Positions 1 through 12,789 of a stretch of 64,000 bases of DNA are shown piece after piece. The stretch spans positions 2,194,113-2,258,112 of the forward strand of contig CM119263.1 of the NCBI GenBank assembly GCA_051294375.1. The letters are read 5' to 3'. A model generated the notes under the pieces. The model did no database searches and was not told where the DNA came from. It saw only the letters and a list, made by a program, of their open reading frames with translations. Numbering within the stretch: position 1 is the stretch's first letter; every line of letters begins with the position of its first letter. Position numbers and translations under genes: made by a program. Source of the stretch: Paraspadella gotoi. Its lineage: Eukaryota > Animalia > Chaetognatha.

Positions 1-527
1 ATTGATAATATATATTTAAAGAGAAATGAACGAAAGGAAAATCTAATCTAAATAAACTAGTAGAATATGTAAAATTCGTTTATTTAAAATCTATTTATAT
101 TTAGAGAAAAAAAATTGAAATAAGTTATAACGCAATTTCTTTTATTTAGAAATTATATATAGCGTAACTGAAAGTAAAAATGTTGAATCGCCTCTCAGTC
201 TGCCGACGGTATTCGCCCAATGAACCTAAAATTATTTTTGGTCAACGACTTAATCAACATCTAAGGATCAACAGAAGAAGATGAATGAAGAAGAAGAGAC
301 AGAAGAAGAAGAAAAGAAGAAGAAGAAGAAGATGAATAAGAATGAGAGAAGGAGAAGAAGAAGAAAATGAAAGGAAAGCAAAAAAGAAGGAAAAAAGAAG
401 GAAAGACCTCTCGTTTTGTTCGCGCCCAAGAATCTCAAAATAACTGGCGCTTAAGATACTACTAGATACTGTAAAGGCTAAGCATGTTATTAATCGTGCA
501 TTGAATTCGCAGTAGGAATTGGAGCCC

Positions 528-1023
528 AGCTTAAAAAAGTCACTGGCCAGAATACTCTGCCGCAGCTAAAAAAGACCCGGCGGATCTCTGCCCACAGCTT
601 AAAAGGCACTTGGCAGGATCTCGCCCGGCAGCTTAAAAATACGCCTGGACGAGATCTCTGCCACAGCTTAATAAGGGCACTTGCTGAGAATCCTTTACCG
701 CCAGCGTTAAAAAGACGCCGGGACGGATCTCTGCCGCCACTAAAAAATCACCTGGCCGGAGATCTCTACCGCCAGGTTAAAAAGTCACCTGGCCGGGTAT
801 CTCACCACAGTTAATAGACATCTTTTCTTGGGATGGGGAAAATTCTCTAAGGTCACGTAGGGCCGATCTGTCTGCCGCAGCTTAAAAAGACCCTGAGGGA
901 TCTCTGATGCAGCTTAAAAAGATGACAAGACCAGGATTCTCTGCTTGCAGCCTTAAAAGGACACTGCCCGGATCTCTGCCACAGCTTTAAAGAGTCGCCT
1001 GGATTGGACTCTCTGTATGCTTA
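528..1023. repeat. ~34-35-bp GC-richer minisatellite, ~14 copies
   Basis: Recurring AGCTTAAAAAGACACCTGGCCGGATCTCTGCCGC-like unit at ~35-bp spacing, with indel noise. Confidence 0.9.
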
Positions 1024-2118
1024 GGTAGCCGCACTTCAATGCGAGGAGTCAAAGATTTAGAGTCAGTACATGCTCAACGAAATCATTTAAGGACATTTTT
1101 AAGAATACTTTCAATGGACAAAAAAATTCTAATACATAATAATAATACCCTAGAAAAGACCTCCCAGAAATATCACACATTGTTGAAAGTTGTTGATTCT
1201 TGCCAAAGTTTCTCCATTCCCGAATTTTTCTGTAGAACAACCAACCGTCGAATGCTCTTTATCGACTTTCCTCGCACTTTTGGCGCGACACTACTTTACC
1301 GGTTGAAAAAAGACACAGATTTTGAAAGACCAAGCAGTTATTCGTTCAGCATGGCTTAGTAAAATTAATCCAAATTATATTTACTTAAACGCTTATACTT
1401 TACATTTTTTTTGTTTTGGTTCCACAATGATGTAAAAACGATACACAATTAAAAAGACATATATTAAAATTGCAACAAATATTTTTTACATAATCGGTTT
1501 TTACAAGATTGTCAACTAATTTTAAGAATAAATTTTGATTACAATTAGAACTATTATGGGATTATTCAACCCATGAGCCGACATTGAATTCCCAAGCGGT
1601 CAATCTAATGCCAAAAAAAAATATATTTTTTTAAGATTTATATTTTTTTTCTTCTAAACAGTTTTTAATATGTGGGTGTGAATTTCTTGAAAGTCAATAT
1701 TTGAAAATAAGAAAATGTTTTTTATTTTTGAATTATGTTAAGGTTTGATGTAACGAAAACTGCTTTTTTCATTCATTGATGCCTTAAAAAAATTTTTATT
1801 CAAAAAATAACGACTATGATTATTAAACCAATGAGTTTTTGTTAGTAATAAAAAGGACAAGTTTTGACTTTAATCCAAGCCTTCTTCAGCGCTTATTAGT
1901 GCATAGTGCAATTTTTCTGCTAATACTCATCGTTAATCGTTTAATCTTCTTATTGTCTAAATTGTTTCAAATTGTCTTTTTTATTCAGAAAAAAAAAAAA
2001 AAAAAAATTCTTCAGCGCCTAAAAGCATGTCCGTTTTTAATACATTTAAAATCAAAATTCAAAACAAAATAGAGAGAAAATATATTTTTTATTGTTTAAA
2101 CAAAAACAATGGTTGTAG

Positions 2119-2296
2119 ATATTTTGGTCTCACGCTCGCGAGCGTAAACATCTCGAACGTTGCCCTTCGAATAGAAAAGACGTTTCTCATTTTCTGGACT
2201 TAATTAAGTCAAAATTCTACCGGAGACCCACTGTTAAGACAGCGGAAGGGCAACGTTCGAACTGTTTTCCTTTTCGCGAGCGTGAGACCAAAATAT
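2119..2296. mobile_element. MITE-like element (~178 bp) with ~50-bp imperfect terminal inverted repeats
   Basis: ATATTTTGGTCTCACGCTCGCG...TCGAACGTTGCCCTTC at left is mirrored by GAAGGGCAACGTTCGA...CGCGAGCGTGAGACCAAAATAT at right. Confidence 0.7.
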
Positions 2297-3917
2297 TCAC
2301 AGTAAAAACGGGTTTTTGAAGCGGGGTACAACGTTTGAGCTGCTTGAAGAGAAAAGCTGAAAAAAAAAATACGCGACAACCAAACATGGTTCAGCGCTCT
2401 GATCAGAGCGGCGAATTGCTTCATGAAAATAAAAAAATTTCACAAAGCAAATTCGGCTAAAGAAGGCTCTCATCAGAGCGGGAAACATGTCCATATTTTT
2501 TCTTCCTTTACATTCTTGTTTAAACAAGAAAAAACTTCTGTATCTAAAAACATACTTCACATTTGAGCTATGCTCTTAAAATTCGCGTTTTTAACATGCT
2601 TTTAATGGAGACGAAAATTTATTTGCAACAATTTTATTATTAGACGAAACATGTTCAGCTCACAATTTTGAGCCTTCATCAGCGTCAAAGTTCTTGTGAA
2701 TTTACAATTTGCTACTAACTTCTGGAAACTTACCCCCTCTCTACTCTCTTTCCCCCTCCCTCTTCTTCTTTTGGCCAATTCAATAAATTAGTAAAATCAT
2801 ATTTATTTTTAACTTATTTTTACTCTTTAAAGATTATTTTGGAATTTGTACTTTTCATTCATTTTTATTCAACAGTAGTTGAAAATTGGCATAATTGTTC
2901 TTTATTATTGTTTATTAGCGAGGATAATGGCGCCACCCTCGAGTTATTATGAGATCAATTTACTAATAAAATAATATTAAAAAACATATATGAATCATAA
3001 CAAACTTAGTTAGAATTATTGTTAACCTTAAATTCAAAAGAATAGTATTAGAAAATCTTTCAAAAATGCAATTATTTCCTTTTTTTTAAGTTTTGAAAAT
3101 TAATGTAATATTTAAAATTTTGTAATAATACATGCTAACATATAATTTAATAAAATAAATTAAAAAATATTTAGAACTATATAGATTAACCAGAAAATAG
3201 CTTAAAAATAACGTAATTTAGTTCTAGAAACATTTTATTTTCAAAAAACAACAGCTATTTTTGAACCGGAAGTGGTTTCGGCCACATGAAAGTGCGTGGA
3301 AAGTCCATAAATCACCAACCGAGCAAATTTTTCATTCGTTTGATATCGTTTTTTTCACCTAAAATTGGAATAAGAAACTTCGAGAACCAAAACTTTTCCT
3401 AAAGTAGGAATATTGGGAGCCACCTAGTAATTAATTTTTATATTATTTATAATAGAAAGGGCAAAAAATTTTTCTTAGAATTTTTTAATTTAAGACCAGA
3501 TCAGAAAGCTCACTAAAAAGTGTCTACCACAAAGTATAATTCTTTTTTATAAATATTTTACCGATAAGTGTGTCAAAGAATAAGAAAACCAATAAAAAAT
3601 CATCATCATCATCATCTTTCGATGCAGATTTATCAAGTAGTTTTTTATATTTCACTTAGAAAATCGTTAGAATTTTAAAAGCTTGTAATTAATTTCTCGT
3701 TTAACTTTTTATGCTCGATCAGAATCCATCAAAAAAAAATTTAAAGATTTAAAAAAATTGTTTTGCTCTAATAGAAGTATAATATTTTAATTAGGCTAGT
3801 ACCCCAGAAGAAGCACTTGACAAAAAATATTTTTAATACCTTGAATCTATGGTCATGATAGATTATTTAACGCTGTATACATTAGCATTTTAAAATTCAT
3901 CGGCTATGGGTGATTGC

Positions 3918-4140
3918 ACTTAAAAAGACACCTGGACAGGATCTCTGCTGCAGCTAAAAGTGGCACTAGCCGGGTTCTCTGCCACAAGCTTAAAATAACG
4001 CCTGGGACGGGATCTCTGTCGCAGCATAAAAGGATGCCTGGACGGGGAACTCTGCCGAGACCCTTAAAATGTTCACCTGGCCGGATTCTCTGACGGTAGC
4101 TTAAAAAGACGCATGGCCGTGGATCACTGCCTTTAAAAAG
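3918..4140. repeat. Second array (~6 copies) of the same ~34-bp minisatellite
   Basis: Same CTTAAAAAGACACCTGG.CGGATCTCTGCCGCAG unit and orientation as 528-1023. Confidence 0.85.
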
Positions 4141-4985
4141 CCCGCAAGACTGGTTGTGAGGTACGTGGTAATGTGCGGTGCGCGTGCCATGAGCGATGCA
4201 GCTGCGGGGCTGGAGCGAGCAGTGCGGCCAGTGCGGTTGCGGTGCTGTGCCTATTAAAGCGTGCAAAAATATTAAATCAAGTAGAATCAAAATTCAATAG
4301 TAGATCACGAACAGCTTGTACCTGTGAACATTCTTAAAAAAAAAATTAATTTTTATTTTTCCCATACGGCCCATATAGAAAAGTCCAAAATGTAAAATGT
4401 TTTTTTCCTTTTTAAAAGCAGATTCGAATTCCTCACGAAAAGTTGATAGAAGGAAATATAACTCTTCTAGAAATTTATTTCTTAAGCTGCATAAAAATCC
4501 TAAAAACTATTATCTATTAAACCTATAATAAATGTTTAGTATAAAATAGTTTTTTTAAATTTTGTTGGCAAACTTAATGAAGAATTTTTGATTAAACTTA
4601 TATTTTCTTTTATCAACGTTTTACTAGAAGAAACATTATTTAAAATTTTAACATTTTTTATGGTAAGTGCTATGTATAAATCATGCCCATATTGCGAAAA
4701 ATGCTAGACGAGAATTTAAAACAATTTTTTTATATGATATCATATTGCTTATAGGCCCAAGACTTTTCATGAGTTNNNNNNNNNNNNNNNNNNNNNNNNN
4801 AACTATTCGAATTTTGATCTGCAACTTTCACAACGCCTTACTCTCCATGCTGCAAGCCACTCAAGCCCCATTGCATCTCCTTCTCCTGAACCGACGGCAA
4901 TGAGTCAAGCCCCGCCGGATCCCGGAGCCTCATTGCTTATTCGTCCTCCGTTTTTGAAAAATTCATAACTTGTCGCGTCGCCCTC

Positions 4986-5215
4986 ACCTTTTCTCTCTTT
5001 TCTCCTTTAATTTCTCCTTTCCTCTCTTTTCTCCTTTAATTTCTCCTTTCCTCTCTTTTCTCCTTTAATTTCTCCTTTCCTCTCTTTTCTCCTTTAATTT
5101 CTCCTTTCCTCTATTTTCTCCTTTAATTTCACCTTTCCTCTCTTTTCTCCTTTAATTTCTCCTTTCCTCTCTTTTCTCCTTTAATTTCACCTTTCCTCTC
5201 TTTTCTCCTTTTATT
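4986..5215. repeat. 29-bp pyrimidine-rich tandem repeat, ~8 copies
   Basis: Unit CCTTTCCTCTCTTTTCTCCTTTAATTTCT repeated almost perfectly. Confidence 0.95.
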
Positions 5216-6486
5216 TCTGCTCTCCTCCATTTTCTCTACTATTGTTTGACTATTAACAAATAATAAATTACACGTTAATAATCCCAACTTTTACAAATTT
5301 TTAAATCGGATTAAAACAAGGCAAAAAGTCAGTGAGGCTCTTAAAAATTTTCATCCACCGATTGATAGCAATTTTATACTTTGTTAGTTGCACTACTTGC
5401 AGATCAACTTTATAATATTAAGGTTATATAATTCGTATGAGATACCTAATTTTCATAGGTTCGATAACCATGATCATTTAAAAATATAATCATATAACTA
5501 GAAAGAACAGTAAATGTGGTATAATTCATAAATCACTAAATCACTTTAGCCAATGCTAAAAGGAAATATAATACTCTTTATATTTATATTTTATACTCAT
5601 CTAGTAAAGTAATCACAGAGAAATAAAGAAATACGATCAGAAAGTCAAAGCAGTTTATTTGTTAGTATATCACTTAGATATTTTAGCTATTACTTTAAAA
5701 ATGAAGGATAAACCATACTTTTATATTATACAGTCTTCTACAAATGCGTACTAATATTGAGGCGCGACAAGTTGAACTTTCAGGTTCGTGTTTTTGGCTT
5801 TAATTTTAATTTTTTTTAAATTTTGTTTTTTCACTTCTTTTCTCTTTTCACTCATTTTTCTCTCCATTTCCTTCGCTCTTACTTTAATTCTCTTCGGTTC
5901 AACGAACTCAAACATTAGTTATTTCTTTTTTTATCTTAACTTTAATCATATTCTATCCCTTTTGTTTTTCTTTCACACTTTCCTCCTTTCTCCTTTTATC
6001 GTTTAATAGTTTTTATGACTTTGTCCTAATCCCATTTTTTTCACCTCTTTTCCTCGGATCCGTTTTTCTTTTCTTTTTTTTTTTCCTTTTCTTTTCATTT
6101 CTCCCCTCCTTTTCTTTTGTGATCTTTTCTTTTCTCACATATTTTCTTCTCTTTCACCAAATTTTGCACATACCCCTTCGCATTTAATATGGCTAGAAAA
6201 CTTTTTTTCATCAAAACTTCTCAACAACTTCTCTTTAAACTTTAAAAATGTTTTCATCTTTAAACTTGAAGTGCATTATCTTGATTTTCTTTCTCTTTCA
6301 TGGATTTTTAACGACGTTAGCGTCGTTGAAGGCGGCGGCGGCAGCGGCAGTGGCAGCAGCAGCAGCAGGCAGCAGCGGCGGCTGGCATATTTTCTCTTTT
6401 TTTATGGTGAAGCATCTGAGATCTCTTTCCGATTCATTCGTGGGAAAGGCAAACGCGGTAAACAAAGGCAAAAGGGTCTACTATGT

Positions 6487-6517
<31 letters not shown>

Positions 6518-7420
6518 GCTCTCTCTCTCGTCTCTCTCTCTCCTTCCTGTCCACTCGGGTGAAGTGAAATTTTGGAATCAAAATTTAGCAGTTATATCTT
6601 TGAAAACTATCATATTAAGTGAAATACTAATCTGTAATTAATTTTCTTTTTTTATAAATTTAAGCTTATTCATCTTATGTTTGTATATTAGTACTATCCT
6701 TATATAATGTCAAAATTTCAAAATGGTTTTCATTTTTAATTCTGAGAACAGATTCAGATTCCTTGTTAAACTTAAAGTATAAAGAAAGTATAAATCTTTT
6801 TCAAAAATTATGTCATTAAGTAGGTTAAAATTACAAAAAACTATATTTTTAAGCTGGAAATTCAAAATTGGCGTCTTAAATATAGTTTTTTACATTTTTG
6901 ACTAACTTGATCAAAGAATTTTTTAAAAAAGAATTGTACTTTCTTTTTAGTTTCTTATAATAACTTTTGCAAGAAATCCAAATCCGATCTTAAAATTTAA
7001 AAATTTGCATTTTGAAATTTTAGCCTATTATATACTTATTACTATATATAAATATAGCTCACTGGTGCCCACTAATATATAAAATTAAAAAATAAATTTA
7101 CCAAAATATTTTTAATGGTTTTTATGTTCATGTTTTATATGCTAAATTTTAAATTTGTAAAATTTTATCATTTTCACATCACTCTACTGTCCACAAAATC
7201 AACCACAACCACTTTTCCGCTACACATTTTGATATTCGACGAGTCCTCACGTTAGCTCTTATTCCCGACCCCAATGGGGCACTACCAGCTCCACTCCAAC
7301 CTCGCCCCTATAACGCCAATCCAGCCAACTACCATCCCACGTACCCGCCAGCACACTACCAGCGCCACTCTCCTAGCTTCACTGCCCAGCCACGTCCCGG
7401 CTGCAAGTCATTTAAAAAAC

Positions 7421-7685
7421 CTGTTAAAGTAAAGAGGATGCCGAGCACTGCCATACCGAGCAGAATCGTGTATGAGGGACATAGAGTACGAGGTCGCCGG
7501 TCCGGCTGTACGGTGCCAAGGAGATTGCGCCGGCGCCGACGTCCCGTTGCGCCATACGTTCTCCGCGACGCCGGCGTTGGCGCGGTGATCAAGGGCGGCG
7601 CCGCGCCACCGTCGGACATGGCGCCGGACGCCGCTCGAGAACTTCCACGCCGGTATAGAAGATCAGGAGGAAGGACATGGCGAGA
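7421..7685 (-). CDS. Candidate internal exon of an unidentified multi-pass membrane protein (frameshifted by sequence noise)
   Basis: GC-rich island with acceptor CCCACCAACCCAG| and donor AG|GTTTTT on the minus strand; the ends translate to hydrophobic segments LAMSFLLIFYTGVEV and YTILLGMAVLGILFTLT in different frames. Confidence 0.4.
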
Positions 7686-7767
7686 CTGGGTTGGTGGGAA
7701 ATTGGAGGATGAGATCATTCACTCTCTCTCTCTTTCTCAACCTCTTCCTCACTTTCCTCTCTCTCTC

Positions 7768-7821
<54 letters not shown>

Positions 7822-8070
7822 TCTTCCACACCTGATAAAGATTCACTCTTTCTCTCTCTCTCTCCTCTTCTCTCTCTCTCTCTCTCTCTCTTCCACACCT
7901 GAATAGAGATCACTCTTTCTCTTCTCTCTCCTCTATCTTCCACGCCTGAATTAGAGATTCACTCTTCTCTCTCTCTCTCCTCTTCTCTCTCTCTCTCTCT
8001 CTCTCTCCACGCTGAATAGAGATTCACTCTCTCTCTCTTCTCTCTTCCACGCCTGGAATAGAGATTCACT

Positions 8071-8115
<45 letters not shown>

Positions 8116-8133
8116 ACACCTGAATAAGATTCA

Positions 8134-8170
<37 letters not shown>

Positions 8171-8256
8171 CTCTCTTCCACACCTGAATAGAGATTCACT
8201 CTTTCTCTCTCTCTCTCTCTTCTCTCTCTTCCACACCTGAATAAAGATTCACTCTT

Positions 8257-8290
<34 letters not shown>

Positions 8291-8325
8291 CTCTCTATCT
8301 TTTCCACGCCTGAATAAGAGATTCA

Positions 8326-8369
<44 letters not shown>

Positions 8370-8788
8370 TCCACGCCCTGAATAGAGATTCCACTCTCTC
8401 TCTCTCTCTCTCCCTCTTCCACGCCCTGAATAGAGATTCACTCTCTTTCTCTCTTCTCTCGTCTCTCTCTCTTCTCGTCTCTCTCTCTCTTCTCTTCCGA
8501 CACCTGAATAAGATTCACTCTGTTCTCTCTCTCTCGTGCTCTCTCTTCTCTCTCTCGGTCTGCTCTCGTCCACACCTTGAATAGAGATTCAACTCTTCTC
8601 TCTCTTCTCTCTCTGCTCTGCTCTTCACCCACCTGAATAAAGACTTCACTCTTCTCTCTTTCTGCTCTCTCTTCTCTCTCTCTCTCTCTCTCTTCCACAC
8701 TCTGAATAGAGATCACTTTTCTCTCTCTCGCTCTCTCTCTCTCTCTTCCACGCACTGAATAGAGATTCACTCTCTTTCTCTTCTCTTT

Positions 8789-8822
<34 letters not shown>

Positions 8823-9084
8823 TCCACACCTGAATAAAAGATTCAGCCTTCTCTCTCTCTCTCTCTGCTCTCTCTCTCGTGCTTCACACCTGAATAGAGA
8901 TTCACTCTTTTCTCTCTCTCTCTCTCTCTCTCTCCTCTTCCACACCTGAATAAAGATTCAACTCTTTCTCCTCTCTTCTCCTCTCTCTTCTCTCTCTCTT
9001 CCACCACCTGAATTTAGAGATTCACTCTTTTCTCTCTCTCTCTCTCTCTCTCTCTTCCACGCCTGAATAGAGATTCACTCTCTT

Positions 9085-9118
<34 letters not shown>

Positions 9119-9197
9119 CCACACCTGAATAAAGATTCACTCTTTCTCTCTCTCTCTCTCTCTTCTCTCTCTTTTCCACACTCTGAATAGAGATTCA

Positions 9198-9234
<37 letters not shown>

Positions 9235-9375
9235 CGCCTGAATAGAGATTTCACTCTTTCTCTCTCTCTCTCTCTACTCTCTCTCTCTCGTCTCTCTCTC
9301 TTCCGAACCCTGAATAGAGGATTCACTTCTCTCTCTCTCTCTCTTTCCAACGCCTGAATAGGAGACTTCGACTCT
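7822..9375. repeat. Compound minisatellite: constant ~26-bp core plus variable (CT)n, ~26 copies, ~60-bp period
   Basis: Core CTTCCACACCTGAATAGAGATTCACT recurs, separated by CT-dinucleotide tracts of variable length. Confidence 0.95.
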
Positions 9376-9379
9376 CTTG

Positions 9380-9415
<36 letters not shown>

Positions 9416-9533
9416 CTCTTTCTTCTCTGACCCAAAGGTCTTCAATGTCTTCCGTGAGTACACAAAGCTCAAACTCCGCCTTTGTCTCGTACATCAAAGA
9501 GACCGACAATAAATGTCGAGGTGTTTTGTGAGT

Positions 9534-9570
<37 letters not shown>

Positions 9571-10031
9571 CAAAGAGAAGGTAAGTATCAGCATTTTCTT
9601 TTGTGCTCGTCTTACTCGGTTGTTGTGTGAAAGGTTAGAGATAGAGAACCTTTGGTTAATTAGAGCGAAGATGTAAGAGACCCCTAACTCTGAGGTAACC
9701 TGGCTTTCTAATTAAGTCGGGAAGGGTAAGGTCTATCTTTGACTTCGTTACGTATATAGAGAAAGAAATGACAACGTTCAAAGTCTTTTGTCATCGTGTG
9801 GTAAGCGTGAAAAAACAAAACCGAACGCCACTTGGTTATCACGTGACTTTTTCCAAAAAATTGTCATTAAAAAGAAAGTTCGTGTAAATTTAAATTTCAA
9901 GAGCGTATCTTCTGATGTTTTGGTTTTGGAGAACAAAATAACAGACGACAGCTCCCATCGCCTGATCACTAGGTCGGCGTCTCTATGGTAACCAAACTAA
10001 CGAACTCACGAGTCGAGAAGATCAAAGTATA

Positions 10032-10069
<38 letters not shown>

Positions 10070-11222
10070 TATGTTTTCTCTCCAACCTGACACGTCCTCT
10101 GCCCTCCAATAGAAGCGTCTGNNNNNNNNNNNNNNNNNNNNNNNNNNNNNNNNNNNNNNNNNNNNNNNNNNNNNNNNNNNNNNNNNNNNNNNNNNNNNNN
10201 NNNNNNNNNNNNNNNNNNNNNNNNNNNNNNNNNNNNNNNNNNNNNNNNNNNNNNNNNNNNNNNNNNNNNNNNNNNNNNNNNNAAGCGACGCGCGGATCTC
10301 GAGTTCCAAGTTTCTAGTACAGAAAAAGGTAGGAGCTGTGAGGAGGTGGAGCTTCTGTGAGATGATGAAAGGTGCTTTGGTTCACCAACTTCGTGAGTAA
10401 GGCGTTTTCGAGGAAGGGATCACACGGTGGGGGATTGAGAACAGTCTCGAGGATCAAGTGAAAAAAAGGTAAGGTCGAAAATGGAAGGGGTAGGTGAGGG
10501 CAAGTGGCGGGGGAAATGTTGAGAAAAAGAAGGATGAGGGGATTAGCGTCTGGAGACCGTCGCTATGACGACCGATTGTTTGTTTCGCGCACGAAGATCC
10601 ACGTGCGACGTGCGTGCCGGATCCGCAATTGCGTGCGCGCCGACGTTGACAACCGGCGTTTCGTTTTTTTTTCTTTCTTTTTTTTTTTGACGTGTCGCGC
10701 GGACTATTTTTTTTGGTTCTATTATTATTAATATATTATTAATATATCTCTCTTTGCACTCGTGGGGTTGATTTTATTTCTTGAACAAAAATCCTGAAAA
10801 TGATTGAAAATAAATTTGAATTAGTTCGTAACTTCGTAGATGCTTTTTAAATTTAACGTTTTGAATTGAAAATAAGATAAACGAAAATGAAGATGGAGAT
10901 GATAAAAGAAATAAAATATATTGAATAATACACGATATTGATAAGGTCGTTCTAATTTTGTATTGCGTAATTTCTTTTCCCTTTAATGAGACAGTTATTC
11001 AATTTTAGAAAAATAAAACGTGTTAGGCGACTTACCACCGGTCTCTCTCTCTAAACCCTTCCTCTCTCCGGTGGTAAGTCTCCTCACGTGTATACTTTGC
11101 ATTCATCCAATATACAATAGCTGTTTTGATTAATGCTTAACAAGGAGGTAAAGTACGCTTATTGTACAATTATAAAAATGTTATCATTATTAAATAAATT
11201 CAACAGAATGTATTTTTATTAT

Positions 11223-11318
11223 CATCGCTGGAGTATCAGTCTCACCAAAAGTGGAACCGGATCGAGATCGGCCAGCGATCTCCGCGGAAATGGAATCGCC
11301 GAATCACTGCATTGGTCA
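11223..11318 (+). mobile_element. Diverged fragment related to the 5' part of the LTR-like unit at 51541
   Basis: ATCGCTGGAG...TCTCACCAAAA...CGGATCG.GATCGG...AATGGAATC...ATTGG is colinear with 51542-51630 and similarity starts at the same point. Confidence 0.5.
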
Positions 11319-11984
11319 ATAATAATAATAATAATAATAATAATAATTAATATCATAATAATAAATAATCAATAATAATAAAAATTATAATAAAATAAAT
11401 GACATTCAATATAAACTCAAATTAATAAAAAATAAAAAATTACAAATTAAATTAAATTTTTTTTAATATATATTTAAATCGTCCAAGTTGCTTCGTGTAT
11501 ACTAGAGAGGCAACTACGTAAAATTAATATCAAAAGGCAGATCAGGTTCATAAAAAAGTATTTGTTCTCAAATTGTCAACTCAAGTTGGAGATTTATTTC
11601 GTTTTTCATGAAAAAAAAGTAAATCCCTAGAAATTTCTGTGTTGTCACACCATGACAGTTTCCTGCGCACCTTAAGATGCTTTTGGATCTCCTCGGTTCG
11701 ACAACGCTGTCACCTTACTATAGAATCCTTAAGACAGAAAAAAAAAGAGCGAGAGAGAGAGAGAGCTGCAAATGCTTAACCGGGAGCGACGAAGGCTCGA
11801 AGGACATTTGTCGGAACAAGTCACAATAATAGTCATCAAAATTCTTCATCTTTTCTCTATTTTGACCAATATTGCTGTAAAGACACTCGATTTTAAATTA
11901 TTAACCTTGTATGTAGTCGGGCATTGCATAAGTTCACCCCGCCTAAAAGCATGAGACCTTCAGGACGGCCGTAAAGGGCCTTGA

Positions 11985-12070
11985 GGGCCCGGTTCCAAGC
12001 ACAGGACCCGTGACATGTCTGCTAGAGAAGTTGCGGATAGCACTCTTCACTCTTCAGCCCACTGAGCGAC
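11985..12070 (-). mobile_element. Degenerate tRNA-derived SINE head
   Basis: Minus strand has an A-box-like GCTCAGTGG and a degenerate B-box-like segment ~60 bp downstream. Confidence 0.3.
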
Positions 12071-12427
12071 TTAATAATCATCTCTTACATTTTGCATAAG
12101 ATTTTTTTTTTGCTATAAAGGAGGTGAAACCTAGCTATTTAATTTACTTGTTATTCAAAATGATTTATGTCGAAAGTGATTAAACAAATTTATATTACAA
12201 TAACTAATAAATAATCAAGACAAAATAAAATGACCATCATCGAGGGTGTTAAAAATCTTAAAAACGTTAAGAGAAAAAAAAAAGGCTAAAAATTAAAAAA
12301 AAAAACAAATTAAGAGAATTAAAATAAAACGCTTTAAATTGAGCGAATATAAAATAAAAACTAGCAAGTTTGACAAATCAATGACACAGCAATAACAATA
12401 AATACAAGTAACAATATAAGGAGACGT

Positions 12428-12753
12428 TTATTTAAAATGGTCGGCGACTGCTTCCTGAATTTCCAACGGATCGCTGCTGACGACGGATTTGAGATATAGA
12501 TCGTGGGCGGAAAAATCGGCAAGGCTGCCGGAATTCGGCCGAGGGACGATCCTCGCCACGGCCCAGTTATCGGCGTCGTCGTCATCAATCGGCAACGTCG
12601 GCACCGGCAGCGCCATCCCCATGGAAAATGCGAAACGAAATCGAGAGCGCCACATGGAAACGACGCCGAAAATGGCGCGAAAGAATGCGGCGTCGGCGGC
12701 GCGCGAGAGGACGAGAATTTCGCTTCGGCGTCGCTTGGACCGGGCAAATGTGG
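12428..12753 (-). CDS. GalT/HIT-like protein, terminal exon (copy A)
   Basis: Acceptor TTTTCCCAG|; translates EILVLSRAADAAFFRAIFGVVSMWRSRFRFAFSMGMALPVPTLPIDDDDADNWAVARIVPRPNSGSLADFSAHDLYLKSVVSSDPLEIQEAVADHFK*; small indels in the first ~35 bp; near-identical to 33269-33588. Confidence 0.75.
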
Positions 12754-12789
12754 CTGGGAAAATGGGGCAGGGTAAAATTGGGAAACTGT

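Noticed and set aside
528-1023. CRISPR-like 34-bp repeats
   Set aside because: The units are head-to-tail with no spacers
1039-1359. 106-aa ORF
   Set aside because: No motif or clear splice context; it follows a minisatellite in noisy AT-rich DNA
7822-9375. CRISPR-like array (constant palindromic repeat with variable spacers)
   Set aside because: The spacers are all (CT)n rather than unique sequence, there are no cas genes, and the context is a spliced eukaryotic genome
11930-12030. Twister-like CCGGTTCCAAGC motif, and a structured-looking GC segment at 43070-43230
   Set aside because: The required stems and pseudoknots could not be assigned by eye; a SINE remnant explains the first equally well; an Infernal/Rfam search would be needed
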